Shown piece after piece: positions 18,247 through 26,940 of a stretch of DNA of 64,000 bases. Each line of letters begins with the position of its first letter. Position 1 is the stretch's first letter. The DNA comes from Saccharofermentanales bacterium. GTDB lineage: Bacteria; Bacillota; Clostridia; Saccharofermentanales; DTU023. Below the pieces are notes generated by a model that worked only from the letters and a program-made list of their open reading frames with translations, searched no databases and had not been told where the DNA came from. The stretch spans positions 16,178-80,177 of the forward strand of contig JBMNTA010000006.1 in the NCBI GenBank assembly GCA_050945495.1. Direction: 5' to 3'. The position numbers were made by a program, and so were the translations under genes.

Positions 18247-19239
18247 CTAAATGAACTCCTGCAGAATCGAATTGTCCGGCACGAACGACGGCGTCACCCG
18301 AGGCAGCTGTTCGCAGACCCACGACAGACGCACGGCCTCTTTGACGGCCCGCTTCAAATCGGAGTGGCCGTCCTTATTCACCGTATAGGAGGACGGCGGC
18401 AGCGTTCCCTTGAAGAATTGATCGAGCGAGCGCTCGATTTCGATGCGCGCCATCGGCCCCACGACCATGAATTCGTATGGCAGAACGGAATTGATGTAAT
18501 AATCGGCGGCCGCGAGATAACGTGGGATGAAATCGCGCTCGGCGCGGTCAATCATCGGCCAATAATCGATCGTGTCGATGGCCATGGCGCCGCGATGTTG
18601 CACGTCGCGGCTGATGCGTCGCAGAATGCGGATGTCGCTGCCCGAAAGCATGCGTCGATCTCCCAGGACGCGCGCGTGCGGCATGATGAAGTAACTCAGC
18701 CGCTGTTCGCGCGGCAAACGGTTCATGACGACGTCGTGCAATCCGTGCAATCCTTCGATCAACAAAACGTCGTCGTCACCCAAGCGGATGGTTTTGTTGG
18801 GCTCGTACAGGCGCTCCCGATTTTTGAAGTCAAACGTCGGCAAGACCACCTCCTCGTGGTTGAACAGGCGTTCCAAGTCGCGGGCCAGCAATTCGAGGTC
18901 GATCGTGTCGACGCTCTCGAAGTCGGGGCGCCCGTCCGCATCGAAACGAAGCCGTTCCGGACGATAGTAATCGTCGAGCTCCAGATGGAACGTATGAAGT
19001 CCCGCCGCCGTCAGACGCTTCGACATCAGCATCGAGGACGTCGTCTTCCCGGACGACGTCGGTCCGGAAACGAAAATCGCGCGAATGGAGCGGTTCTCCA
19101 AGATGCGGTCCGCCACGGCCGCCACCTGATCGACGAAGCGTTTTTCCGAGGCCTCGACAAAGGCGCGGAACTTGGCCGCCCCCAAATTCTCTTCGAGGTC
19201 ATCGATGGTCAAAACGACCAAATCCGAAAATTCCGCCAT
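18247..19239 (-). CDS. uridine-kinase/phosphoribulokinase-family P-loop protein (substrate unknown)
   Basis: 330 aa. Walker A VSGPTSSGKTT, LLIEGLHGL Walker-B-like strand, udk-like core with N- and C-terminal extras. Confidence 0.6.
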   Translation of the reverse strand: MAEFSDLVVLTIDDLEENLGAAKFRAFVEASEKRFVDQVAAVADRILENRSIRAIFVSGPTSSGKTTSSMLMSKRLTAAGLHTFHLELDDYYRPERLRFDADGRPDFESVDTIDLELLARDLERLFNHEEVVLPTFDFKNRERLYEPNKTIRLGDDDVLLIEGLHGLHDVVMNRLPREQRLSYFIMPHARVLGDRRMLSGSDIRILRRISRDVQHRGAMAIDTIDYWPMIDRAERDFIPRYLAAADYYINSVLPYEFMVVGPMARIEIERSLDQFFKGTLPPSSYTVNKDGHSDLKRAVKEAVRLSWVCEQLPRVTPSFVPDNSILQEFI

Positions 19240-19242
19240 GCG

Positions 19243-19995
19243 TTACCAGCCTCCCGAAGCGCCGCCGCCGCCCGACGAACCGCCGCCGAAGCTGCTGCCG
19301 CCCGACGAACCGCCGCCCGACGACCGGTAGTGACCGCCGCCGTAGTACGTGTCGTCGCCGCCGCCGCTCTTGATCCCGCGAAAGATCAGGTAGACCGCCC
19401 CCGCAAACGTCACGATGCCGATCGCGGCGGCCAAGCCGTCGCTGATCTCGTCTTCGGCGTAATCTTGCGGCTCAAAGCCTTCGGACTCGATGTCGATGCC
19501 GTACTCTTTGGCGATCAGGGTCACGATGGCGTTGAATCCGGCCAAGACGCCTTGATCGTAATCGTCGTTTTTAAAATAAGGCGCGATGACGTTGCGAATG
19601 ATGTCGGAGGCAACGGAGTCCGGGATGGCCCCTTCGAGCCCGTAGCCGACCTCGATGCGCAACGCACGATCCTCCTTCGCAATCAACAAAAGAACGCCGT
19701 TGTTTTTGGTCTTGTCTCCGATCCCCCACGCACGAAACGTCTCCAGCGCGGCATCCTCGAGCGAGTCGTCGCCCAGCGTCGGAATCATGAGCACCGCGAC
19801 TTGGGCGCCGACGGTGCGCGTCATTTCATCGTTAATGTTCTGAATGATGGACGTCGTCTCGGACGACAGCGTGTCGGTCATGTCGAACGCAAATTTCACG
19901 TTCGGATTCGCCGGCACTTGAAAGCCGACGAGCATGAGCGCGAGCGCCGCCACCAAGACGGCCATTCCCAACGTTTTACATCGGCGTGCTTTCAT
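19243..19995 (-). CDS. TPM-domain (YgcG-like) membrane protein with Gly-rich tail
   Basis: Signal/TM, TPM core (GAQVAVLMIPTLG...NNGVLLLIAKEDRALRIEVGYGLEG), C-terminal TM, and GGGSSGGSSFGGGSSGGGGASGGW tail. Confidence 0.8.
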   Translation of the reverse strand: MKARRCKTLGMAVLVAALALMLVGFQVPANPNVKFAFDMTDTLSSETTSIIQNINDEMTRTVGAQVAVLMIPTLGDDSLEDAALETFRAWGIGDKTKNNGVLLLIAKEDRALRIEVGYGLEGAIPDSVASDIIRNVIAPYFKNDDYDQGVLAGFNAIVTLIAKEYGIDIESEGFEPQDYAEDEISDGLAAAIGIVTFAGAVYLIFRGIKSGGGDDTYYGGGHYRSSGGGSSGGSSFGGGSSGGGGASGGW

Positions 19996-20017
19996 CGATG
20001 CATCGCCCTCCGATCAT

Positions 20018-20581
20018 TTAAAAGCTGACGTCCGGCGCCACCTCGGATTCGGGCTGTGCCTGGAACATCGAGCGCGTCTCAAAGCCGTACATTTTGGCGA
20101 AAAGTTTGCCGGGGAACGTCCGCACGAGGCGGTTGTACGATCCGACTTGATTGTTGAAGTCGCGGCGCGCGACAGCGATGCGATTCTCGGTGCCGGCCAA
20201 TTCCGCCTGCAAACTCAGGAATTGCTCGCTGGCTTTGAGATCGGGATACGCCTCCACGACCACGTTGATCGCGCGTTCGAAATCACGGTCGATCGCCTCG
20301 TATTCCTCGGGCGTGTCCGCGGCGTCGTACCGCGCACGCATGGCCGTAATGTTGGTCAGTACTTCGACTTCATGCTGCGCGTATCCCTTGACGGTATTGA
20401 CGAGGTTCGGAATTAAATCGGCGCGGCGTTGGTACTGTGTTTCAACCTGTGCCCACGCGGCGTTGATCGATTCGTCGGCGCGGACGAAACGATTGTGATA
20501 ACTCACGAAGATGATCGCGATGATCGCGACGATGACCAAGATGATCACCAGGGTCTTCACTGTTTTGCTCATGGATGCCAT
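20018..20581 (-). CDS. lemA: LemA family protein
   Basis: N-terminal TM, then NAAWAQVETQYQRRADLIPNLVNTVKGYAQHE and the typical LemA coiled region. Confidence 0.9.
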   Translation of the reverse strand: MASMSKTVKTLVIILVIVAIIAIIFVSYHNRFVRADESINAAWAQVETQYQRRADLIPNLVNTVKGYAQHEVEVLTNITAMRARYDAADTPEEYEAIDRDFERAINVVVEAYPDLKASEQFLSLQAELAGTENRIAVARRDFNNQVGSYNRLVRTFPGKLFAKMYGFETRSMFQAQPESEVAPDVSF

Positions 20582-20621
20582 ATCCTCCTATGGTGTCGTT
20601 TGCATGGTGCGCAAAGCGCGG

Positions 20622-21239
20622 TTATTGTTCCGTTCGAACGGGGCCTTCGACGGTCGGTGCCGGCGCCGTCGTGATCACGGGCACGGTCGGATGGCTTGCG
20701 GTCAAATCGGGCCGTGTCTCCGCGGGCGTTGTGATCGCCGTGACGGTCCCCGAGGGTTCCGTGACGACGGGCGTTGTCTCCGACGTCGTCGCCGCCCCGG
20801 GCGTCGTGTCGGCGGGCGTGGTTGCAGTCGCGGTCGTGGTTGTGGCGGTCGTCGCGGTTGTTTGACTCGACGGCGGACTCACGGGAGCCACGATGGTCAT
20901 GGTCGTCGTCTCCGCCGCAAGCGTCGTGGCCGTGGCGGGCGGCGTTATCGGCATCGTGCCCATCGTAAAATACGGATTGACGTCAAATCCGGGCGATCCG
21001 CCCGGATCGTTGCCGCCCACCATCGATCGAATTTTACCACGAATAAGGCTGCCGAAAACAACGATCAAGATGAGCAAAACGATGACGGTCGCCCCATACC
21101 TCAGGACAAACCGCCGACGTCGCGGATCGGCCGGCAAAATGCGCCGCAAAAAGCTCTTTCGACGCCTCCTCTTGCGCGGCGCCGGCTTTCGGCGCGGCGC
21201 GGGAGCCGGTCGCTTCGATGTCGACGGACGACGATTCAT
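20622..21239 (-). CDS. bitopic membrane protein with basic N-terminus and Pro/Thr-rich ectodomain (unknown function)
   Basis: 205 aa. RRKPAPRKRRRRK tail, one TM (ATVIVLLILIVVFGSLI), then a low-complexity T/P/A-rich region. ATGA overlap with the MscS stop at 21236-21239. Confidence 0.55.
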   Translation of the reverse strand: MNRRPSTSKRPAPAPRRKPAPRKRRRRKSFLRRILPADPRRRRFVLRYGATVIVLLILIVVFGSLIRGKIRSMVGGNDPGGSPGFDVNPYFTMGTMPITPPATATTLAAETTTMTIVAPVSPPSSQTTATTATTTTATATTPADTTPGAATTSETTPVVTEPSGTVTAITTPAETRPDLTASHPTVPVITTAPAPTVEGPVRTEQ

Positions 21240-22378
21240 GGCCGCGTCTCCGGGGACGGTGCGGCCGCGCGCACGGCATCCGTGGCCTCGGCGACCGCAA
21301 TGCGGCGCGGGGCGGCGATGGACACATCGAGCTCGCGCGCGATCTCCATCATGTCGCGATTGAGCCGATCCTGCACACGCAACATATCGTCAAAGTCGGG
21401 ACCGACAAAAATCCGGGCGTACAGGCCCATGCCGTCCGTCGTGAGGTCGCGCAACACCACCAGGGGCGGCGCGATCACGCCCGGCTGCCGCTCGATCCGC
21501 TCACGCATGGCCTCCAAAAACGCTTCGCAGCGCTCCCGGGGAATATCCCACGGCACGGTCAGACGCAGTTCGATGCGGCGCTTCTCGCGACGCGACTCAT
21601 TTTTGATAACCGATTGCGCCAACGTCTTGTTCGGCACCGATACGCGTCCGCCGTCGAACGTGCGCACTTTGCTCGTTCGCAGGCCGATGCTCTCGACGGT
21701 CCCCTCCAAGTCGGAGGTCACAATCCAGTCGCCGACCACGAACGGGTGATCCATCATGATGGCCAAACTTCCGATGAAGTTGCCGATGGTGTCCTGCGCG
21801 GCCAAGGACAAAGCCAGGCCGCCGATGCCGAGCCCGGTGATCAAGCCCGCCACATTCTTCACCCAGAGCGACAGCAAAACGAAGATGCCGATCACCACGA
21901 TGAAGAAGCGCAGCATGTTCACCAAAAACGTCGCGGCACTCGCCTCGGCCTCGCCTTCGGCCGAGGTCTTACGTTCGACGATCAAGACGCCGAAGACCAT
22001 GGCCAGGCGGTACAAAAGCCAGAAGGCCGCCGCCGTGAAGAGCGTCTCGCCGATTTTGACGAGGATGTCCTGCCAGGCCTCAGGAATGAATTGGGCATAA
22101 CGGAGCGCCAAGACGAAAAACAGCCCCGGCAGCAAGAGTCCGGTCGGCGACATCAAGACGTCGCGGACCTCCGCGTACGTCGTCTTGGAACGACGTCGCG
22201 TGCGCGTCAAAACGAGGCACAACAATCCCCGCGCGACGAACCGTCGGAACACAAACGTGACGACGGCCACGCCGAAAAAGATGGCCGCCAACAGCCAATT
22301 TTCTTGGGCCCACACGTCGGATGCGGGCTCCGACGCGAGGCACACGTGCAGCATATGCATGAAGGTTGATTGAATCAC
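21236..22378 (-). CDS. mechanosensitive ion channel (MscS family)
   Basis: GLGIGGLALSLAAQDTIGNFIGSLAIMMDHPFVVGDWI...GTVESIGLRTSKVRTFDG is the MscS pore-helix/beta-domain signature. GTG start. Confidence 0.85.
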   Translation of the reverse strand: MIQSTFMHMLHVCLASEPASDVWAQENWLLAAIFFGVAVVTFVFRRFVARGLLCLVLTRTRRRSKTTYAEVRDVLMSPTGLLLPGLFFVLALRYAQFIPEAWQDILVKIGETLFTAAAFWLLYRLAMVFGVLIVERKTSAEGEAEASAATFLVNMLRFFIVVIGIFVLLSLWVKNVAGLITGLGIGGLALSLAAQDTIGNFIGSLAIMMDHPFVVGDWIVTSDLEGTVESIGLRTSKVRTFDGGRVSVPNKTLAQSVIKNESRREKRRIELRLTVPWDIPRERCEAFLEAMRERIERQPGVIAPPLVVLRDLTTDGMGLYARIFVGPDFDDMLRVQDRLNRDMMEIARELDVSIAAPRRIAVAEATDAVRAAAPSPETRP

Positions 22379-22468
22379 TCGCTACTCTCTTTCGCACGGA
22401 GCGTTCGGCCTTCGTTCGCCGAACGCGACGCCCTAAGTATACACGAGCGCGCGCGAGGGGGCGCGCGC

Positions 22469-23224
22469 CTACACGTCGACCGTTTCGGGACGCACGGCAA
22501 AGAGACGCCGTCGAATGGTTTGGCGAAGACGCGCCGTCGCCAAAAGCGCCTCGTCCTCCGACAACGACGCGGGACGCGGGACGGCGAGCGACGGCCAGAG
22601 CGACGCGGGATGCCCCTGCGACAACACGTAAATCCGATCCGACAGACGGAGCGCCTCTTCGATGTCATGCGTGATCAAAAGGATAGAGAGCCCCAGCTTG
22701 GAACGATGCTCCAAGAGCCAGTCATAAAGCTGTTCGCGCGTGAGAGCGTCGAGCCCGGAAAACGGCTCGTCCAACAGCATGAGTTCCCGAGAGTAAAGGT
22801 ACGTGCGAAGCAGCGCGGCGCGCTGGCGCTGCCCGCCCGACAACTGCGACGGATAACGGCGCTCCAAGCCCTCCAGACCGAACGTCGTGAGGTGCTTTGC
22901 GGCATGACGGCGCGCGTCGTCACGCGACCGACCGTCAAGCACCAACGGCAACGCGATGTTGTCGATCAGGCGCTTCCACGGCAGCAACAGATCTTTCTGC
23001 AGCATGTAACCGACGCGGGCGCCGCGCATCACCTCGCCGCGATCGGGGGCGTCGAGTCCCGCCAAAATGTTGAACAACGTCGTCTTCCCGCTGCCGCTTT
23101 GTCCCAATACGGAGACGATTTCGCCTTGGGAGAGCGTCATCGAACAGTCGTCCAAGACTTCGAAGGCGCCGAAGCGCTTCGCGATCCCGTGGCAAGATAA
23201 AATCGTCGGTGCGTCCGCAGTCAT
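22469..23224 (-). CDS. thiZ: ABC transporter ATPase, NitT/TauT family (ThiZ-like)
   Basis: [29 protein letters not shown]. Third gene behind a TPP riboswitch. Confidence 0.75.
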   Translation of the reverse strand: MTADAPTILSCHGIAKRFGAFEVLDDCSMTLSQGEIVSVLGQSGSGKTTLFNILAGLDAPDRGEVMRGARVGYMLQKDLLLPWKRLIDNIALPLVLDGRSRDDARRHAAKHLTTFGLEGLERRYPSQLSGGQRQRAALLRTYLYSRELMLLDEPFSGLDALTREQLYDWLLEHRSKLGLSILLITHDIEEALRLSDRIYVLSQGHPASLWPSLAVPRPASLSEDEALLATARLRQTIRRRLFAVRPETVDV

Positions 23225-23236
23225 CCGCTCACCTTT

Positions 23237-24253
23237 TTATTTCGTCAAAAAATCGTTGGTGAAACAGTCGTCGATGTCGATCGGATGATCCAACAGACCG
23301 TTCGCGTCCATCCAACGGGCGAACGCTTCCCACACGTCACGACGCATTTCTCCCCAATACGGGGCATCGTCGATGTACAACGGATTCAAATACGTTTGAC
23401 TCTTGAGCAACAGCGCACGATCGTATTCCGGCACGACCGCCATCAAGCTGTCCACGCCGGCCTCCGCGTCGGCGATGGCGTCATGATAGCCCTTGGCCGT
23501 CGCGCGCAGAAAGCGCCGCACGAGCTCGGGGTTGTCCTCCAGCGTGGCCTCGTTCGTAATCAACACCGGCGAATAAAAGTCGAGGTCCGGCACGATGTCC
23601 TGCAGCAAAATGAAGTCGATCGGGTACGATTCGTATTCGCAATGGATGCCGTCCCAGCCGTAAAAAATCCACGCAAAATCGGCCTCCGTCTCCATGCTCG
23701 CGATGTAGTTGTTCGCGGACTGATTGACGATGCGAACGCGGTCGTAGTCGCCGCCGTCCTTTTCCATCAACGTCCGAAGAATCGACAATTCGAGCTCCGT
23801 CCCCCACCCGCTGTAGGTTTTGCCTTCAAAATCTTTCGGCCGACGGATCCCGCGATCCGCGGGCGAGGCGAACCCGGATGTGTTGTGTCGGATCATGGCC
23901 GCGATGGCGACGATCGGCATGTGCGCGTCGGATGCGCGCGCCTGCATCACCTGTTCCTGGGCGGCGATGCCGAACGTCGCGCTTCCGTTGGCGACCATCT
24001 CGATGAAGTTCATGTCCGATTCGCGAAATTCAATGTCGATGCCCTCCGCGTCGTAATAGCCGCGATCTTTCGCCAGGAACATGCCCGTGTGATTCGTGTT
24101 CGGCGTCCAGTCGAGTGCGCAGACCACGGTTTCTTTCGACTTGGGGGCACAACCGACGGTGCACCCGAAAAGCACCGCGACGACGAGAAGCACGACCGTC
24201 AATCGGGATAACGTTCTGATGGATGAATGCATGAATCTGTCCTTTCCAAACAT
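23237..24253 (-). CDS. thiY: NMT1/THI5-like substrate-binding lipoprotein (ThiY-like, pyrimidine-precursor binding)
   Basis: Lipobox LFGC. ALDWTPNTNHTGMFLAKDRGYYDAEGIDIEF is typical of the NMT1/THI5/ThiY fold. Confidence 0.75.
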   Translation of the reverse strand: MFGKDRFMHSSIRTLSRLTVVLLVVAVLFGCTVGCAPKSKETVVCALDWTPNTNHTGMFLAKDRGYYDAEGIDIEFRESDMNFIEMVANGSATFGIAAQEQVMQARASDAHMPIVAIAAMIRHNTSGFASPADRGIRRPKDFEGKTYSGWGTELELSILRTLMEKDGGDYDRVRIVNQSANNYIASMETEADFAWIFYGWDGIHCEYESYPIDFILLQDIVPDLDFYSPVLITNEATLEDNPELVRRFLRATAKGYHDAIADAEAGVDSLMAVVPEYDRALLLKSQTYLNPLYIDDAPYWGEMRRDVWEAFARWMDANGLLDHPIDIDDCFTNDFLTK

Positions 24254-24256
24254 GGT

Positions 24257-25078
24257 CTACGCATCGGCTTGGGACGTCTTGTCGGCGCGAAGCCACGGGG
24301 TTCCGAGCCACTCCAACGCCACGCTTACCGCGTAGAACAATAAACTCAATAACACGATCCAGATGATCGACGCGAACATCGCGTCGAATCGAAACGATCG
24401 TTTCGTTCGAAGCATGTAGATCCCGATCCCGTCGTTGCCGCCCGCCCATTCGGCAAGCACGACCGCCATGACGCAATACGTCGACGAAATGCGCAGACCG
24501 GCAAAAAAGGACGGCAGCGCGGCGGGCAGTTTCACGTGTCGCAAGAGATCGCGACGCGTCGCGCCCATGGCGCGCATCATGCGCACCAGATCCGAATCCA
24601 CGCCTTTGAGCCCTTGATAGAGGCTGATCGTGATCGGGAAAAAGCAGACGAGCACCACGACCACAAGTCGCGGCACATCGCCGTAGCCGAAAATCAACAC
24701 GATGACGGGCGTGATGACCAGGGTGGGAATCGTCTGCGAGATGACGATGAGCGGATAGAAGGCACGGTACATCCACGCAAAGCGATCCATCAAGAGCGCA
24801 AACACGACGCCGATAACGGTGCTCAGAACGTAGCCCCACACGGCGATTTTCAGCGTTTTCAGGAGATGGTGCGCCATCGCGGGCGTATCGCGGACCAGGG
24901 AGCGACCGACGGCGCTCGGCGGCGGAAGAATGAAGCTTCGGATGATCTCGGCGTCCGCCAAGATTTGAATGACGATCAAGATGACCGCCACGACAAGCAC
25001 GGGCGGCCCGACGCGCCGCACAAACGCGCGCCATCGAGACGTTGGCTTGGAATCGTGATGATGTGGCAATGCGCCCAA
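24257..25078 (-). CDS. thiX: ABC transporter permease, NitT/TauT family (ThiX-like)
   Basis: 273 aa, 6-TM BPD permease core. TTG start at 25078, 6 nt after GGAGGGAG. Confidence 0.75.
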   Translation of the reverse strand: MGALPHHHDSKPTSRWRAFVRRVGPPVLVVAVILIVIQILADAEIIRSFILPPPSAVGRSLVRDTPAMAHHLLKTLKIAVWGYVLSTVIGVVFALLMDRFAWMYRAFYPLIVISQTIPTLVITPVIVLIFGYGDVPRLVVVVLVCFFPITISLYQGLKGVDSDLVRMMRAMGATRRDLLRHVKLPAALPSFFAGLRISSTYCVMAVVLAEWAGGNDGIGIYMLRTKRSFRFDAMFASIIWIVLLSLLFYAVSVALEWLGTPWLRADKTSQADA

Positions 25079-25079
25079 G

Positions 25080-25166
25080 GATGTGCTCCCTCCGCCAGCA
25101 TGACCTGGATCAGGTTCAAGGGTCGACCTTCGGTCCTCTCAGCCACGTCGCGGTGGCTCCCCTGAC
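25080..25166 (-). promoter_or_regulatory. TPP (THI-box) riboswitch
   Basis: Minus strand GGGGAGCCACCGCGACGUGGCUGAGAGGACCGAAGGUCGACCCUUGAACCUGAUCCAGGUCAUGCUGGCGGAGGGAGCACAUCC. Contains the conserved CUGAGA, ACCCUU-GAACCUGAUC-AG...GCUGGCG-AGGGA core. Sits directly upstream of the thiX-like start. Confidence 0.88.
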
Positions 25167-25172
25167 AAAAAA

Positions 25173-25202
25173 AGTATAGGCGTCTTCGTGGCGCGATGTC
25201 AA
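25173..25202 (-). promoter_or_regulatory. sigma-A promoter TTGACA-18 nt-TATACT driving the riboswitch/thiXYZ unit
   Basis: Minus strand TTGACA (25202-25197) and TATACT (25178-25173). The predicted TSS is a few nt before the riboswitch. The -35 lies in the loop of the upstream operon's terminator hairpin (25179-25213). Confidence 0.6.
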
Positions 25203-25226
25203 CCGAAGGACGCCGAAATCACGGGC

Positions 25227-25856
25227 TTACGTGTTTTTCATGATGACGTGCTCGACCATTTGACTCAAGTCTTCCACATCATCGCAGCAGCGCTCCAAAC
25301 GGCGGAAAATCTCCGTCCACGCGACGACCTCGACCGCCGGCACGTCGGACGTGTACAGACGACGCAAACTGCGCATGTACACGACGTCGCCCCGCTCTTC
25401 GAGGTGGTTGATCTCGATCATGTGGCGGCGGATGTCGTTCGACGATTGACGGAAGTCGCCGAATTCGTCCATCAAGTGCGTCATTTCTTGCGTCGCCTGC
25501 GTGATGATGGAACCGAATTCGAACGTCTCGTCGCGCAGTTCCCGGACATTGAACATGTAGAAACGAATGAGCACTTCTTCAATCGCATCCGTCACGTCGT
25601 CGATCTTGTTGCCGATGTCAAAGATGTCCTGGCGCTCGATCGGCGTGATAAATTCACGCGCCAGTTTCTGCGTCACCTCGTGGAGCGCCAAGTCGGCCGC
25701 GTGTTCGATCTCGTGCATCGCCACCAGGGCTTCTTCGAGGTTGTCGGGATCAAAATTTTGGATCGATGTCTCCAAAAAATCGGCGGCGCGTTCCGAATAC
25801 GTCACGAGCTCGCGCAACATGGCAAAGTAATCGTTTTTCTTTGGCTTTCCAAACAT
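25227..25856 (-). CDS. DUF47 / PhoU-like phosphate-transport accessory protein
   Basis: 209 aa helical protein. HEIEHAADLALHEVTQKL...ITPIERQDI matches the TIGR00153/DUF47 pattern. Downstream of PiT, as is usual. Confidence 0.85.
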   Translation of the reverse strand: MFGKPKKNDYFAMLRELVTYSERAADFLETSIQNFDPDNLEEALVAMHEIEHAADLALHEVTQKLAREFITPIERQDIFDIGNKIDDVTDAIEEVLIRFYMFNVRELRDETFEFGSIITQATQEMTHLMDEFGDFRQSSNDIRRHMIEINHLEERGDVVYMRSLRRLYTSDVPAVEVVAWTEIFRRLERCCDDVEDLSQMVEHVIMKNT

Positions 25857-25878
25857 CGTCTCGATCCTCCTTCACGAT

Positions 25879-26931
25879 CTAAAAAATCGCGATAAACAAT
25901 TTCGTCATGCCGTACCCGATCAGCCCGCAACACGGGAACGTCAAGATCCAGCTCCACACCATCTCGCCGACGATGCTCCACTTGACGGATGACAACCGCC
26001 GCGACGCCCCCACCCCGATGATGGCCGTCGTCTTGGTATGCGTCGTGCTCACCGGCAGGCCGAACAATTGCGCGACGAGCAAGCTCAAGGACGCCCCGAG
26101 GTCGGCGGCAAAACCCTGATACGGCTCCAACTTGACCATGTCCATGCCCACCGACTTGATGATGCGGTAGCCGCCGATCGACGTGCCCAAGGCCATGATG
26201 AGCGAACAGAGCACCATCATCCAGATGGGAATCCTGAAGGCGTGCGCGTCCGCCACGCCGCGATTCAAAAAGATGCCGAGCATGAACACGGCGATGAACT
26301 TTTGCCCGTCCTGGGCGCCGTGCATGAACGCCATGCCGGCCGCCGCCCCGATTTGGGCTTTTCTGAATTTGCTCGCGAGATTGCGGCGATCGCCGTGACT
26401 GAAGATCCACTCGATCAGACGCGTCATCGCAAACCCCGAGATAAAGCCGAGCACCACGGACAAGGCGAGGCCGTACAGCACTTTCACCCATTCAGCGCCG
26501 TTGATGCCGGAAAAACTGTTTTGGATGGAGATGGCCGCCCCCGACAGACCGGCGATCAGGGCATGGCTTTCCGAGGTCGGGATGCCGAAAACGGAGGCCG
26601 CCGTCGCCCAGACCACGATGGCCACCATGGCGGCGCATAAAGCGACGGTCGCTGCGTGCGCGTTGCCTCCGAAGTCGACCATGTTGAAGATCGTCTCGGC
26701 CACCGTTGCGCTGATCATCGTCATCACAAACACGCCGAGGAAATTCATGAAACTCGCCATGATGATGGCGGCGCGCGTGGACATGGCACGCGTCGAAACG
26801 GCCGTGGCGATCGCGTTCGGCGCGTCCGTCCAGCCGTTGACGAGGATGACGCCGAACGTCAACAGGACGGTGACCGCCAAGAGCGGATCGGACGTCACCT
26901 CATGGATGAATGTCGTAAATTCAATGGTCAT
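25879..26931 (-). CDS. pit: inorganic phosphate transporter, PiT family
   Basis: NGWTDAPNAIATAVSTRA and GVPVSTTHT-type (GLPVSTTHTKT) PiT signature pair. About 10 TM. Confidence 0.9.
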   Translation of the reverse strand: MTIEFTTFIHEVTSDPLLAVTVLLTFGVILVNGWTDAPNAIATAVSTRAMSTRAAIIMASFMNFLGVFVMTMISATVAETIFNMVDFGGNAHAATVALCAAMVAIVVWATAASVFGIPTSESHALIAGLSGAAISIQNSFSGINGAEWVKVLYGLALSVVLGFISGFAMTRLIEWIFSHGDRRNLASKFRKAQIGAAAGMAFMHGAQDGQKFIAVFMLGIFLNRGVADAHAFRIPIWMMVLCSLIMALGTSIGGYRIIKSVGMDMVKLEPYQGFAADLGASLSLLVAQLFGLPVSTTHTKTTAIIGVGASRRLSSVKWSIVGEMVWSWILTFPCCGLIGYGMTKLFIAIF

Positions 26932-26940
26932 GTAAACGGG

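Noticed and set aside
20690-20900. Reiterated short GC-rich units (also 5803-5958 and 28132-28431) that at first glance look like tandem repeats or a small array
   Set aside because: They are in-frame codon-level low complexity (Thr/Pro/Ala, Thr, and Asp/Lys runs) inside ORFs. There are no unique spacers and no fixed repeat length, so this is not CRISPR or a satellite.
22379-22468. Two GC-rich hairpins (GCGTTCGGC-N8-GCCGAACGC, and a GCGCGCGC palindrome) between the thiZ-like and mscS genes
   Set aside because: Probably a U-less terminator and simple GC palindromes. There is no flanking promoter or U tract, and no recognisable regulatory RNA pattern.
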